Positions 1 through 11,979 of a stretch of DNA of 64,000 bases are shown here, piece after piece. The translations under genes were made by a program, and so were the position numbers. This stretch comes from Somniosus microcephalus (lineage: Eukaryota), in contig CM126235.1 in assembly GCA_052327205.1 (NCBI GenBank), forward strand, positions 5,146,001-5,210,000, read 5' to 3'. Under the pieces are notes generated by a model. It had not been told where the DNA came from. It ran no database searches and saw only the letters and a program-made list of their open reading frames with translations. The stretch's first letter is position 1; every line of letters starts with the position of its first letter.

Positions 1-139
1 TTGTGCCCCACCAATATCAAACACTTAAGCATAAAAATGTTCGAGGCCAAACTGGGCGAGCACAATGTGCAGTTCCTAGTACAACTGAACCTTTAGGTTA
101 GATGAGTCAGGTTACCGGCACTTGCGTCTTTTTGTAAGA

Positions 140-720
140 ATTACAGAAGGAAGTTCTTGCTGAACCTTTATAAAATCACATTATTAGGCCTCACCTGGAG
201 TCTCTGTCCAATTCTGAGCACCACACTTTAGGAAGGATGGCAAGCTCTTGGAGAGGGTGAAGAGGAGATTTGCTAGAATGGTACCAGGGATGAGGGACTT
301 CAGTTATGTGGAGAGACTGGAGAAGCTGGGATTTTTCTCCTTACAGCAGAGGTTAAAGGGAGATTTAATATAGGTGTTAAAAAATTTTGATCGAGTAATA
401 GGGAGAAACTGTTTCCACTGGCAGGAGGGTCAGTAACCAGAGGACACAGATTTAAAATAATTGGCAAAGAACCAGAGGGGAGATGAGTTTTTTTAAAACA
501 TTTTTTATAAACGCAGTGAGTTATGATCCAGAATGCGCTGCCTGAAAGGGTGGTGGAAGCAGACTCAATAACAACTTTCAAAAGGGAACTTGATAAATAC
601 TTGAAAAGGAAACATTTGCAGGGCTCTGGGGAAAGAACAGGGGAGTGGGACTAATTTGCTAGCTCTTATAAAGAACCGATAAAGGCACAATGGGCTGAAT
701 GGTCTTGTGCTGTATGCTTC
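140..720 (+). mobile_element. CR1 LINE 3' fragment (degraded)
   Basis: RT C-terminal motifs (RPHLE, RLEKLG.FS) plus 3' UTR like the other CR1 copies; ends approximate. Confidence 0.85.
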
Positions 721-1004
721 GAATTGTTAAAGGAACTTTTCTAACACGTTTGCAGAGCTGGTGACAGCTGGTCAAAAGGTCTTCAATGCAGAATGCTGCT
801 GTAATGTAGCATTAGCATAACATATTAAAGCAGGATTACCAATTATGTTGCCAGTTTCCAGAGTTTAATAGATTTTCTTCTTGTAATTTTTGGCCCATTT
901 CACTATTTTCCCACCGTCAGCAAACTGGATAATCAAGATAATTTACTTCTCCCATTTGCTACCAAAGCTCTTTAATTCTGAAAGGGCGAGTCCAGTTCGG
1001 GTGG

Positions 1005-1250
1005 GACAGGTCTGTGAAGATTTACTCTTCACTGAGGGCTGTGAATCTTTGGAATTCTCTACCCCAGAGGGCTGTGGATGCTCAAGTCGTTGAGTATTTT
1101 CAAGACAGATCAATAAATTGTTGGGCACTAAGGGAACCAAGTGATAGGGCAGGAAAGTGGAGTTGATGTAGGTGGTCAGCCATGATCTTATTGAATGGTA
1201 GAGCAAGCTCAAGGGGCCGAATGGCCAATTCCTGTTCGTATTTATGTTCT
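1005..1250 (+). mobile_element. CR1 LINE 3' end/tail
   Basis: gaatctttggaattctctacccca...ggccgaatggcc tail shared with 20690-20880 and 52190-52428. Confidence 0.8.
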
Positions 1251-1471
1251 TACAAGATGAAGTGCTACTTTACCATGAGATGTGCATCTCTCAACAATCA
1301 GAAAAACTCTCCTACAGAGGGAAGCTAAGTGAAAGCTGGCATCTGTACCTAGGTCCAATGACCAGAGGTCCAGTGCTCTACAGCAATAAGTATTTTACCA
1401 CCGATTTTAAATACAAGGTGAAGGTCCAATTCAGCTGGCAAATAGGCTGAATCCAAAAGTGTAATCAGTAC

Positions 1472-1651
1472 CTCCATGGTGTAGTTGGTATGCTTGTTAT
1501 CAAAGATGAGGGCCTCTTGGATGAGCTGATGATCGTGCTCCAATTTCTCAAGGTTGGGTTTGTAATTGATGATACTGTTCTCGTATTGCTTCAGTTGATT
1601 TAGCTGGTCTTCCAGTGTGCCGTGCATTTCAATAGAAATCCGGCCAATTTC
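1472..1651 (-). CDS. ACTN4: alpha-actinin-4 exon 17 (spectrin repeat 4), [17 protein letters not shown]...[11 protein letters not shown]
   Basis: 180 nt overlapping ORF 1349..1627; tag|...|gtact; the EF-hand exons lie left of the window. Confidence 0.95.
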
Positions 1652-3632
1652 CTAATTTAAACATAAAAATTAGAACAGAGCCCAACATACCTGTTGTGTC
1701 AACTCAATCTCCTGTTTTCCCCAAACAAGTGTCACCTTGCATACAAACTCAACTGGGAGAATTGGGCAGTTTTGTTATGGACTTGTGCAGGACAGCTACT
1801 AATATTGAACATTTTTAGGTAGCAAGTTGAGTAATCTTAGTTTAACTGATCCTATTAAAGTCTGACACTTTTACTAATCCTTTTAGGGACTCAATAGCCA
1901 ACAATGTCAAATTAGTGGTCTGGTCTACTCAACTGCCTCAGGTCATGCAACAATGGATCCAATTTATCTCTCACTCCAATACAATCTCTCTCAGCTCTAC
2001 TTTAATTGATATTATGGTAATTGTTCCTCTAAATTTGCAGGGCAATGGGGAAGAGAGCAGGGGGCTGGGACTAATTGGATAGCTCAACGAGCTAGCACAG
2101 GTACAATGGGCCAAATGGCTTTCTCAAGTGTTGTATCATTCTATGATTCTATAAACATTCCCTTCATGCTCCTTCAAGGCTCCAAATATGTTGTCCACTT
2201 CTTCCCCCAGGGTGACGTCACAGATCACATTACAAAGCCACTTAACCATTCATCTCATCTCGATTTTTTTCAACTACATAGATTCTTGTATTTTGGGCCT
2301 TGACCTGACAAATAGGTGCCTCATTTCCCCCCAAAAATAGCTGAATGTAGGTTTCCGAACTTTCGCACTCCCAATATTATGATTTAATTTTCAAATTTGG
2401 CAGGCTCAGAGAAAAATGGGTACAGCACAAATAAATGTTGTTCCACGTTCTGGGAAAGTTTGACCTGGAACTACAGATGGTTGCAAAACAGAACCACCGG
2501 TGGTTTAAAGGAACGATGGAACTAGAATTTTGTTTTTAAATTGCAAGCAGGAAGTAGAGCGTACAAAAAATGCTGCAACTCTAAGGAAAAAAAAAAAGAC
2601 TTCTCCAATGGTTTACCCGATGAAGGTAGTTAAGTAGCTGATCCCAGGTTCAATCCTATTGGTGCCAAATCAGTTGATCTCAGAGAAAATGGCAGCAGCA
2701 TTGATGCTTGCAATGGGTTCAGCTCCCAGAGTGGGGAGAGAAAAATTAAGAGTTTTCCTGTTTGTAATCACTATTTAGTGACCCTATCAGTACATGTGTG
2801 GGTGTTGGACGAGGATAGTGATGCCCTCCTATGAAATGCCCTGATTGGGCAAGATATCAGAGGGCACCCAGTGCCCCAGAACCATAGACCAACAAGGAAA
2901 CACCTTCAGGAGAGCAGAGCAGAGGAAAGAAACAGCTTTTTTAAAAAAAGGGTAAAGTCATCGTATAGTGCCATCTCAAATACCTCTTTACTATAGTTAT
3001 GGCAGACACCAAGTTCAAAGTCATGGTTTTCAGGGAAGGGTGTACACCAATAATTAAAAATTTCTCAATGTGGGTGACACTGCATCACTCATCTTGACAA
3101 TGGAATGATTTGCTTGGCTATTTTAAAGAGCATTAGAAAGATAAACCATAGTTGGGGCTGGAATTCCACGTTGACCGGACAAGGTACAGGAGGGCAGGTT
3201 CCCTTCCTTGATTAGTGAATTTGTTTTTTCTCCCCCAACAATCCAGCAGCTTTCAGGGTAATTATTCTAATGACCAGATTTATTGAACTGAATTTCACAA
3301 CATGCCATGGTGGGATTTCTGGGTTGCTAGTTCAGTTCTGAAACCACACTATCTATATATTATCAATGGTCACACTGTTGTCAGCTGGAAATAGGAGGAG
3401 CTTAGAGGTAAGAGAAGCAAGGTAACAAATGAGGAACATATCTCCTATTGATCAAGGCTCTCTAGAATTGCCAGTGTAAACATTTAATAAATATGAAAAT
3501 TACATAAAATTCAAAGCCAACTATATAAGTAATAGAGGATCCATTGATTAGAGTCTGGAGGTAGAACAATATGATTATTGTTCAGGGAAGAATAGACTCA
3601 GCTGATCGCATACACCAAAAGAATTCGCCAAC

Positions 3633-3767
3633 CTGCATCTTAGTCTGAATCCAGGGTCCCACAACATTAGCCTTGTTTGCAAACTGCTCACGCAGGTGTT
3701 CGTTGGACTGTTGCTTGTTAAATTCTGTTTGCAAGGCCTGGTCTCGCGCTGGCACCAAATGCTGAAC
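3633..3767 (-). CDS. ACTN4: alpha-actinin-4 exon 16, [45 protein letters not shown]
   Basis: 135 nt within ORF 3582..3791; cag|...|gttgg. Confidence 0.94.
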
Positions 3768-4549
3768 CTGTAACACAATGACAGCACGCAAGTTCCAATA
3801 ATCAGTTTTTGTTCAAGAGCATTATGCATCATTTGTTTTTCCAGTCTCCATTTCCTTTTCCCCCTCACTCTTTAGGACTCTGCACCAAGTACAATTCACT
3901 TGCCAGGCTGAAATTTGTTCCCATGCCATTGCAGCTTTTGAAACACCCTCTCAGATCCAAAGAACATAGGAAAGTCAGTGATCAGAAAAGGCCATCAAAA
4001 CTAATCTCTAATACAATAACTCCCTCACAGCAACCAATTGTATTTTGAGCAACTCCTGCCATTTTCCTATTAACTAGTTTGGTAGGCTAATCCAGACAAT
4101 CACAAGCCAAGCTGACACGAATACATCCTGAGGACCATTGCCTCTTTTCAGAGAAAGCTTTTTTTTGCTTCCAAAGTCAACATTATCTTATTCAAATTGT
4201 ACAGCAGCGATCAGAGGCTTGCTGTATGGGAATGGAGTGAGGGACAAAATGAACAGTAATGAAAACCTCAACTTTCCATCTTTGTGGTACAGTTCTTGAT
4301 CCATCAACATTTCTGATCAACTGTCCTAGTTTCATTTTCAACTAGATGCCCTTCTTGCCCTCGTGTGCACTCTTTAGTTGTTGCATCCATATCCCAGTGC
4401 ACAATAAAATAGCATTTCCCATACAAAGCTGTCAGATGTGCACCAACCCTCCCCTGCCACACCTTGTGAAGAAATGCACACACAGGACACCGCACACATG
4501 TGCTTACACTTTGTATTCCAGATACTGATGGTCTTTAGCAGTCTCTTAC

Positions 4550-4732
4550 CTTATCCCATTTATCATTAATACTCTCTGGCGTGATGGATGTGTATGGATT
4601 CACACCAGACAGTTTGATATTATAGGACTGGGCAATGTTCATCATTTCATTGTGGATGCCGAGGATTGCCTCTCGCTCTTTGTCAGCGTCTGGCAATGTT
4701 GCTTTGAATTGTTCATGCGCTGCAATGAGACC
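4550..4732 (-). CDS. ACTN4: alpha-actinin-4 exon 15 (spectrin repeat 3), [21 protein letters not shown]...ESINDKWDK
   Basis: 183 nt within ORF 4535..4762; follows a 94-nt intron; cag|...|gtaag. Confidence 0.95.
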
Positions 4733-4826
4733 CTGCAGAAAGAGAGCAAACTGATAGTACACACAAGCAGCTCCAATCCACTGTTATATCCATGTCTATG
4801 CTCCATGTGTAGCTCTCAGTTTGTAC

Positions 4827-4967
4827 CTGGATCTCCTCGGTGGTATGGACAATAAACATGTCCTGCAGGTCTTCCATAGCTCCCTCCATCCAGTTGTTGA
4901 AAGGTGCAGCTCTTTTGGCATATTCCAGATATAACTGGTCAATCGTTTCCTGCAGCTTTTCAGTCCT
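4827..4967 (-). CDS. ACTN4: alpha-actinin-4 exon 14, [47 protein letters not shown]
   Basis: 141 nt, cag|...|gtaca; read by hand. Confidence 0.95.
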
Positions 4968-5437
4968 CTGTTAAAACAGCAGCATTCATTTTAGAAAAGC
5001 ATCACTTATATTTAAAAAGTGTTTAGGAAGCAGCAGGCAAATGAAGATGTTTGGAGGCTTGGGGTGGGAGGGGCAGGGAGGACAATTCAAGTACGTCTCT
5101 GCACCGGAAGAGTAACAAATGGACTGGGCTTGGTCAAGAAATATTTGGCTGCTCCTGATACAGAACGCAAAATCTGGAACTTGGAGATTTACATGCTCTG
5201 CAATAACAGCACCAAATCATATAGAATTCGCTGATCATACAGGACCAGACAATTATACAACTAAGTGAACCAAGTTTAAAATAATGGTTCACAATGGTTT
5301 TGCTTGCAATTGATTTTTTTCTAGTGTTTTGCTGCTCACAGTAATAGTTACAGGTGACTTTTATTTTGAAGCCCAAGTTTTACAGAAGTAAAGGCTAGTC
5401 ACCAAAACTCTCTGTATTCAAATACTTAGAATTTATT

Positions 5438-6169
5438 GGACCAGAAATTCGGGTTGGGGGCTTCCCGCGGGTGCAAGCCCCCGACCTGCACTTGCCTTGC
5501 GTGCCGGCAGTTGAGCTGTGGGCCCCGTGGAATTCCGCTCTGGGCCTGGCCCAGCTGCCGGCACGCAGTGCTTGCGTGTCCCAGGGGCGCAGTTAGTTCG
5601 ATGCGTCCCCTGGGGTCACGTGGGCCATGGGCAGCCAATCGGAGGAGGGAAAAGCCCATTCATAAGCTGTCAAGACTTATAAATACTACGGCCCCAAAAT
5701 AGCAGTAAACCTTCAAATAAATTTTTAAAAAACCATCACATTTTTTAAATAAACTATAAATTACATTAAATAACTTTTAAATAATTTAAATTTGAAAAAA
5801 AATAATTTTATACTCTAACAGGGCTAAAAATAAACTTACCTTGCTTTAAAGTATTTAAAAATAATAAACCTGTGGAAAGTGTTTTAATTTTAATTAATTG
5901 ACCACTTACCTTGTAAAAAGCAGGCCTTATGCCTGCTTTTAAAATTTCTAAATTCTAAAGACTTACCCTCACGGAAAAACCTGTAAAAAAAAACGTAAGT
6001 TCAAAGCGCACGCGCAGACTCCCCTGCGCACGCGTTCGACCTCTGAACCCCTTCGTTCAGAGGAACGGAAGTGCCGGTTTCCCGTGCATGCATGAAACCG
6101 GCACTTCCATCGGGCTTACGGGTGAGTACCCAGCGCGTACTCACCCATGGAGACCCGAATTTCTGGGCC
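5438..6169. mobile_element. PIF/Harbinger-type MITE, family 1 copy A
   Basis: TIRs GGACCAGAAATTCGGG / CCCGAATTTCTGGGCC; GC-rich ends, AT-rich core; homologous to 40218-40928 (inverted) and 53977-54719; flanks ATT/AAG imperfect. Confidence 0.8.
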
Positions 6170-6171
6170 AA

Positions 6172-6940
6172 GTTATACAGCACAGAAAGAGGCCCTTTGG
6201 TCCATCGCGTCCGCGCCAGCCATCAAGCCCTATCTAATCGAATGCCATTTTCCAGCATTTGGTCCATAGCCTGGTATGCTATGGCATTTCAAGTGCTCAT
6301 CCAAATGCTTCTTGAATGTTGTGAGGGTTCCTGCCTCTACCACCCTTTCAGGCAGTGAGTTCCAGATTCCAACCACCCTCTGGGTGAAAAAGTTTTCCCT
6401 CAAATCCCCTCGAAACCTCCTGCCCCTTACCTTGAATCTATGCCCCCTGGTTATTGACCCCTCTACTAAGGGGAAAAAGTTCCTTTCTATCCACCCTATC
6501 TATGCCCCTCATAATTTTGTATACCTCAATCAGGTACCCCCCTCAGCCTTCTCTGCTCCAAGGAAAACAACCCCAGCCTGTCCAGTCTCTCTTCATAGCT
6601 GAAGCGCTCCAGCCCAGGTAACATCCTGGTGAATCTCCTCTGCAGCCCCTCCAATGCAATCATATCCTTCCTATAGTGTGGCAGCCAGAACTGCACACAG
6701 TATTCTAGCTGTGGCCTAACTAGCGTTTTGTACAGCTCCATCATAACCTCCCTGCTCTTATATTCTATGTCTCGGCTAATGAAGGCAAGTATCCCATATG
6801 CCTTTTTAACCACCTTATCCACCTGTTCTGCTGCCTTCAGGGATCTATGTACATGCACACCAAGGTCCCTCTGATCCTCTGTCTTTCCTAGGGTCTTACC
6901 ATTCATTGTGTATTCCCTTGCCTTGTTAGTCCATCTCAAG
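6172..6940 (-). mobile_element. CR1 LINE 3' fragment
   Basis: ORF 6526..6939 has RDLGVHVH...LYKTLVRPQLEYCVQFW...RRFTRMLPG (CR1 ORF2 C-terminus), followed by tail. Confidence 0.9.
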
Positions 6941-7631
6941 TATATTTTGCCAAGAGTTTAATGAATGTTCACATGTCAAAGATTGACTTTGGTTATATAT
7001 CACAACTGGTAACTGTACTGACCAGTGGCGAGCAGAGTTGGAGACCAGGAAGAATGCAGATTTGAAGCTGGTCTGTTCAGAGTTACCCAAGCTCAGCTGG
7101 ATTAGTGGTATGGGTGCGCAATTGGCCTCAACATCTCAGGCCGGGGTGGGGGGGGGGGGGGGGGAAAATGGGTCAGTCAGGGTTTCCACTCCTGTTTATT
7201 TCAACGACTCTTAATGGAAACGGTGCATAAATGGATCTGAAGTGAATACAGGATTAGGTACAGCTACAATGAGCCCGAATACCTATTTAGATGCACGAAG
7301 ATGTACAGAGCCATGGACACTGCAACTCATCAGCAGTACGGCCTTCAGGAAGGCTGGGGGAGGGGGGTGGAGGAGGGGAGAAAGAGATGGAAAGAACTCT
7401 TAAAAAGCAAATGCGTTTGCGTATATAATTGCCTATCTAAAAAAAAAAGTACAATTTTTTCTACGCCCAACTCAAAGGCTGAATATTGCAATGCTGGTAA
7501 ACTGGATCCCAAGCAAATGTTTTCCATTCAATGTGAGAGTCAGCTGGCACTAACATTCTGATTGTAGTTACAGATATGCACAACACATTAAAAATTCACT
7601 TAGACATAAAACCCATCGATTCAAGTCTCAC

Positions 7632-7740
7632 CTCCAGGGCTTCCCTCCTGCTCTGTGTTAAAGAGCCCAGGGTATCCCAATGGTCACAAATAGTCTGGCA
7701 GCGGGCATTTACGTCGGGAGAGTCATAATAATCCAGGTCA
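7632..7740 (-). CDS. ACTN4: alpha-actinin-4 exon 13, [37 protein letters not shown]
   Basis: 109 nt, cag|...|gtgag; read by hand. Confidence 0.95.
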
Positions 7741-8038
7741 CTGCAGGAAGCAGAAAGAGAAGGAAAAAAGTAATGTTAAGAAAGTTTGTGCTGGTAGTCG
7801 CCAGAGACTTGACATTTCTCTTCACAAAAGTTTGTAGAGATAATTTGACTTGCTGGTAACATATGAGCAATAAGGGAGGCATTCACCATCTTTTTTTCTA
7901 CTTATTAGAGCATACTAATTGTTTGTGAATTTATCCGACTGTAGAGAGATCCAAACTCAATGGCATCAGTTACAAAAACTGCCCTTTAACATTGAATGGC
8001 TGCATGGTCAGTGCAAACAATCACATTATTGTACATAC

Positions 8039-8189
8039 TTGAGTTCTTGGGCGATGGCAGCGATCTGCTCCACTCTGTCTTGGTGTGCTGCCAGATCACT
8101 CTCAAATGCCTCATGTTTCTTCAGCAAGGCTTTGATGTCAGCCAGCGTGGACATTTCATAGTCTTTCTGCGTCAACATTGCTTCTTTAT
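8039..8189 (-). CDS. ACTN4: alpha-actinin-4 exon 12 (spectrin repeat 2), [50 protein letters not shown]
   Basis: 151 nt within ORF 8026..8238; cag|...|gtatgt. Confidence 0.95.
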
Positions 8190-8295
8190 CTGAAGGGAGA
8201 TGAGGAGGCAAGGGTTTAAACCTGGGATTTCCACCCAAGAGAGGACACTCTTAATTGCTCCTATTCATCACTTCTAAGTGAAAAGTAAAAACTTA

Positions 8296-9024
8296 GGCCT
8301 AGAAATTCAGTGGGCTGCGCCACCAGTTAGTGCCCAAAGGGGGCACTGGCTTAGGGGGCACTTAGTGGCTTTAGTGCCACGGGCCACGCCTCCCGCGAAA
8401 TTTAGCGGGGCGCTAATGGCTGCGTTAGCCTGCAGCGCTGCGCCGCCACCGATGACGTCATCGGTGTGCGCAGCTCCCCGCTACCACCCCGAACGCGATA
8501 GTGGGTCGCACCCCCCCCCCCCATAGCGCCAGTCGCAAATCACGACTGGTTCACGGGGCCTACCTGTGGCGGTAGTGGCGCAAATTAAGGTGGAGGTGCG
8601 GGGCGGCCATTTTTTTTGGTGGCCGCCTGCCAGCACCTCCTCGCGCCGCCCTCCCTGGCCTCCCGAGCGCCCCACCCCCGGGCAGTGCCGGCTGTGTCCC
8701 GAGAGCCCGGCACTTCTCCTCGGTGCCAGGCTCTTTTGCCGGCACTCGATTACCAATTGTGCTGGTGCAGGCCCCTCCCCCTTAAGGGGAGGAAGGCCTG
8801 CAGTACTGCAGCACGCCGTGCCACAGCGTGCGGCATGTTGCGCTGCGATATTCAGTTTCAGCGCCCCAAGAGGGATACGGGGCGCCTCGAGCAGTGTCCC
8901 GCATCCCTCTTGGGGCGCTGAAACTGAATATCGTGCTGGCGCTCCCGGCTCCATCCGGAGCGGTAATTCCGGCACCCAGGCGAGCTTGGCGCCCCAAACG
9001 GGGCGCCCAGTGAATTTCTAGGCC
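8296..9024. mobile_element. PIF/Harbinger-type MITE, family 2 (GC/CpG-rich)
   Basis: 20-bp TIRs GGCCTAGAAATTCA(G/C)TGGGC with 1 mismatch; TTA target duplication at 8293-8295 and 9025-9027. Confidence 0.88.
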
Positions 9025-9654
9025 TTACTGTTTAAAAGACACCACTGTAAATCAAGTGGTATTTTCCACATGGAAAGAATTATTCCAAAACATTCTCAAC
9101 TGGAATAAAGTCAACCCACCTGATCACTCTTTCAGGGCAAGTAGTAGAGGATTAGGCAACTTAGTTTAGAGCTATAATCTAATAAAGGCTACTGTAAATT
9201 ACTGTATTAAAGTTACCATAGGAATGTTTATGTACTGCGCAATGTTGTCACTCAGAGTTCAGTAAAACTCTAATGGCAGGTCTGTGAAGTTTTTGTACGG
9301 CAGTGGAGCCTCCATTATCTGCTCTGCAATTACCTGCCAGAATTCTTGAGATGGAACTTGAGACGTTACTGATTGCACAGCCCCAACATCAACCTCCTGT
9401 TTGAGATAAAGGGAGGTCTAACATGCAGCCCCAATGGCCACATGCTGTCCCTGAGCACTGGCAACCTGTCCTTGAAGTCCAGGCTATTCATTCTTATCCA
9501 CACTTATTTTTTATTTGCTGGTTTTCCCCTGCTTGAACGTTGCGAGCCTGGAGGTTAGCAAAAGACTGTTGCTTCAGTGCTGATAAATCATAAATTAGCC
9601 GTAACAACTTCAGATATATGCAAATTAGCAAGAACACAGTTTTAGATTTTAGAT

Positions 9655-9835
9655 TAGCAAAATACTGTGGATGCTGGAAATTTGAAATAACAGAAAATAC
9701 TGGAAACACTCAGCAGGCCAGGCAACATCCGTGGAGAGAGAAACTGAGTTAACGTTTCAGGTCTGTGACCCTTCGAGGGTTTCTCTCTCCACAGATGCTG
9801 CCTGACCTGCCGAGTGTATCCAGCATTTTGTGTTA
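9655..9835. repeat. Fold-back interspersed repeat (possibly Penelope-associated)
   Basis: Arms ~9698-9745 and ~9779-9830 are inverted complements; related pieces at ~11225-11350, 53893-53976/54720-54755 and 56550-56620; family label tentative. Confidence 0.6.
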
Positions 9836-11979
9836 TTGCAGATTTTAGATGTTGTCCCTCAAGGCTTCATGGTAAATAACTATGTAGCCCACAAAGGCAA
9901 ACAACTTGGACATCCTGGCCTTCAGTATGGATATATCCCACATACAAGATACCGTAGGGACTTTTATCTGCTAATTTCCAATATCCACTGGGGACTGGTG
10001 GGGAAAGGGGGAGCAGGGCCAGCATGGACCTGTTGGCCCAAATGGCCTGTTTCTGCACTGCTATACAATAGATCCCTGCATTCGAACCTATAATAATGGC
10101 TCCACTGCACATCCATTTGAATTGTGACAGTGCAATAACAGATACTGTCCTTAAGTTGCATCTGGAGAGAGCACTTTGAGCTGTATAACAATGGTGAATT
10201 ATTAATGCTTATAGGTCTGCCACCAGTAGCGCAACTTAGTGATGAATTAAGAGGCAGGCGCTTCGGTACAACATTAAATCTATCAACCCAAGTGTGAATT
10301 TTTCCCTACAGTATTATTTTAATGCCAAGGCTAGCCTATTGAAAATAAATGGCTTAATGCCAATTATTAGTTCTACACTTAAATGTGCCCAAGGACAATA
10401 CAGATAGAGGACTCATCCAGCAGTATTCTTGATGATTTTTTTTCCCACATTAGTAGGATACTGTAGACACAAGATAACTAACTCTCGGGAAAGTGTCTCG
10501 TTTCAGCTCAGTATCAACAGTGTGGCTTGAACACAAACTGCCAAGTTTCAGGAAGAGCAGGGAGGGGAGAACAGAGTCACAAGCACATCCTGCCACCCTG
10601 GAGCGTTAATGTGCAACATAAGTCTAAAATATGGGAAACAATTAAGCAGCATTGGTACAGGCCATTCAGTGATGTAACTTTACAGTTAATTTTTCCCCTC
10701 GTCAAGTGATTTATTTGTCTACGCAGTGAAAACAAGTAAAATATTTACATGTTGAATGTTTTTGATATTTTCATTTCTAGATAACTAAACGCACAACAGC
10801 AAATAAAATGTTGCAGGAATGGGATCATGAGTGAAATATTTTGCTGCGCTATCAAAATTTCCCACAGGTCCCACGCATCGATTCAAAATATCGAACATAT
10901 TTTCTTGCTGAAATGCGTCACGGTACAGACATTAATTAAGGAGCTTGAAATTATGTTTATTTTTCACCATGCTGACAAAGTCAAGATCCACAAAAAGTAC
11001 TGCATTAAATTGTTCTGAAAAAAATCATAGCTGCACTCCTGCTGAAAAAAACATTTTACTCAAAATACAAATTAAACTCACCATGTTTTTCCAGAAGTGA
11101 TACTGCAAGGTGAAAAGTTGAGTTATTTTATATCCAGTCACACCAGTTGATGAAGTACTGAATAAGCATTGCAAGCAACTGAACGACCCAACAGTAACTT
11201 CATACATTTCATTACTTGAATAAAAGCAGAAAATGCTAGAAGGGCTCACAGTTCCAACAACTATAAGGAGCTAAGTTAATGTTTCAGATCAGTTCTGATG
11301 CAAGGTCTACAGCCAAAATCTTTTCCCGTCTTTACGGATGCTGTGTATTCTCAATACTGTACTTCCCGCTTTCATTTCAAGCATTTGGCATTTTGTTCAT
11401 CTAATTGAAATACTTGATCTATTTGAAAGTCATTTTCTCTTCTCCCTACCTCACTCTCATTGAGCAATATCAACAGCTCCAGTCTACTTTAATTTTGCAA
11501 CAAAAAACTGAAAAAGACCTCCGAGTATTTAAACAGCACGCTGACACTTTGTGAAGGTTTTGGGGGGGGGGGGGCGATAGGAGAGGCAGGGAGAAAAGAC
11601 AGACCGGCACTGGTGTTTGAGCCAAACAACACGAGGAAACTCAATTAACAGTCAGAGTCGAAGCACCTAAAGGTTAATGAGCATCTGTTAATTCAATTCC
11701 TTCACATCATCTGGCAACAAGCTTGGAGGAATTACTCAACGAATATCAACATTCTATTTTAAACAAAAATTCACTTATTTTTTTGATTTTCCAAGGAGGC
11801 CATTGAGGAGGACACTCGCCTTGTGGACTTTCAAATCCATTAAGTTTTGTAGAATATGTGCAGGTGCCTTATAACTAGAAATGAAATTTAGCTAAAAATT
11901 AATGCTGAACAAGGATTCCATCCAACATTTGTATCTTTCAGATACTGTCAACAGCCATGCACTACCAAGTTAGTTAATT

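Noticed and set aside
8278-9021. Overlapping 100-164 aa ORFs on both strands
   Set aside because: They result from the GC-rich, palindromic MITE (few stop codons); no recognisable domain
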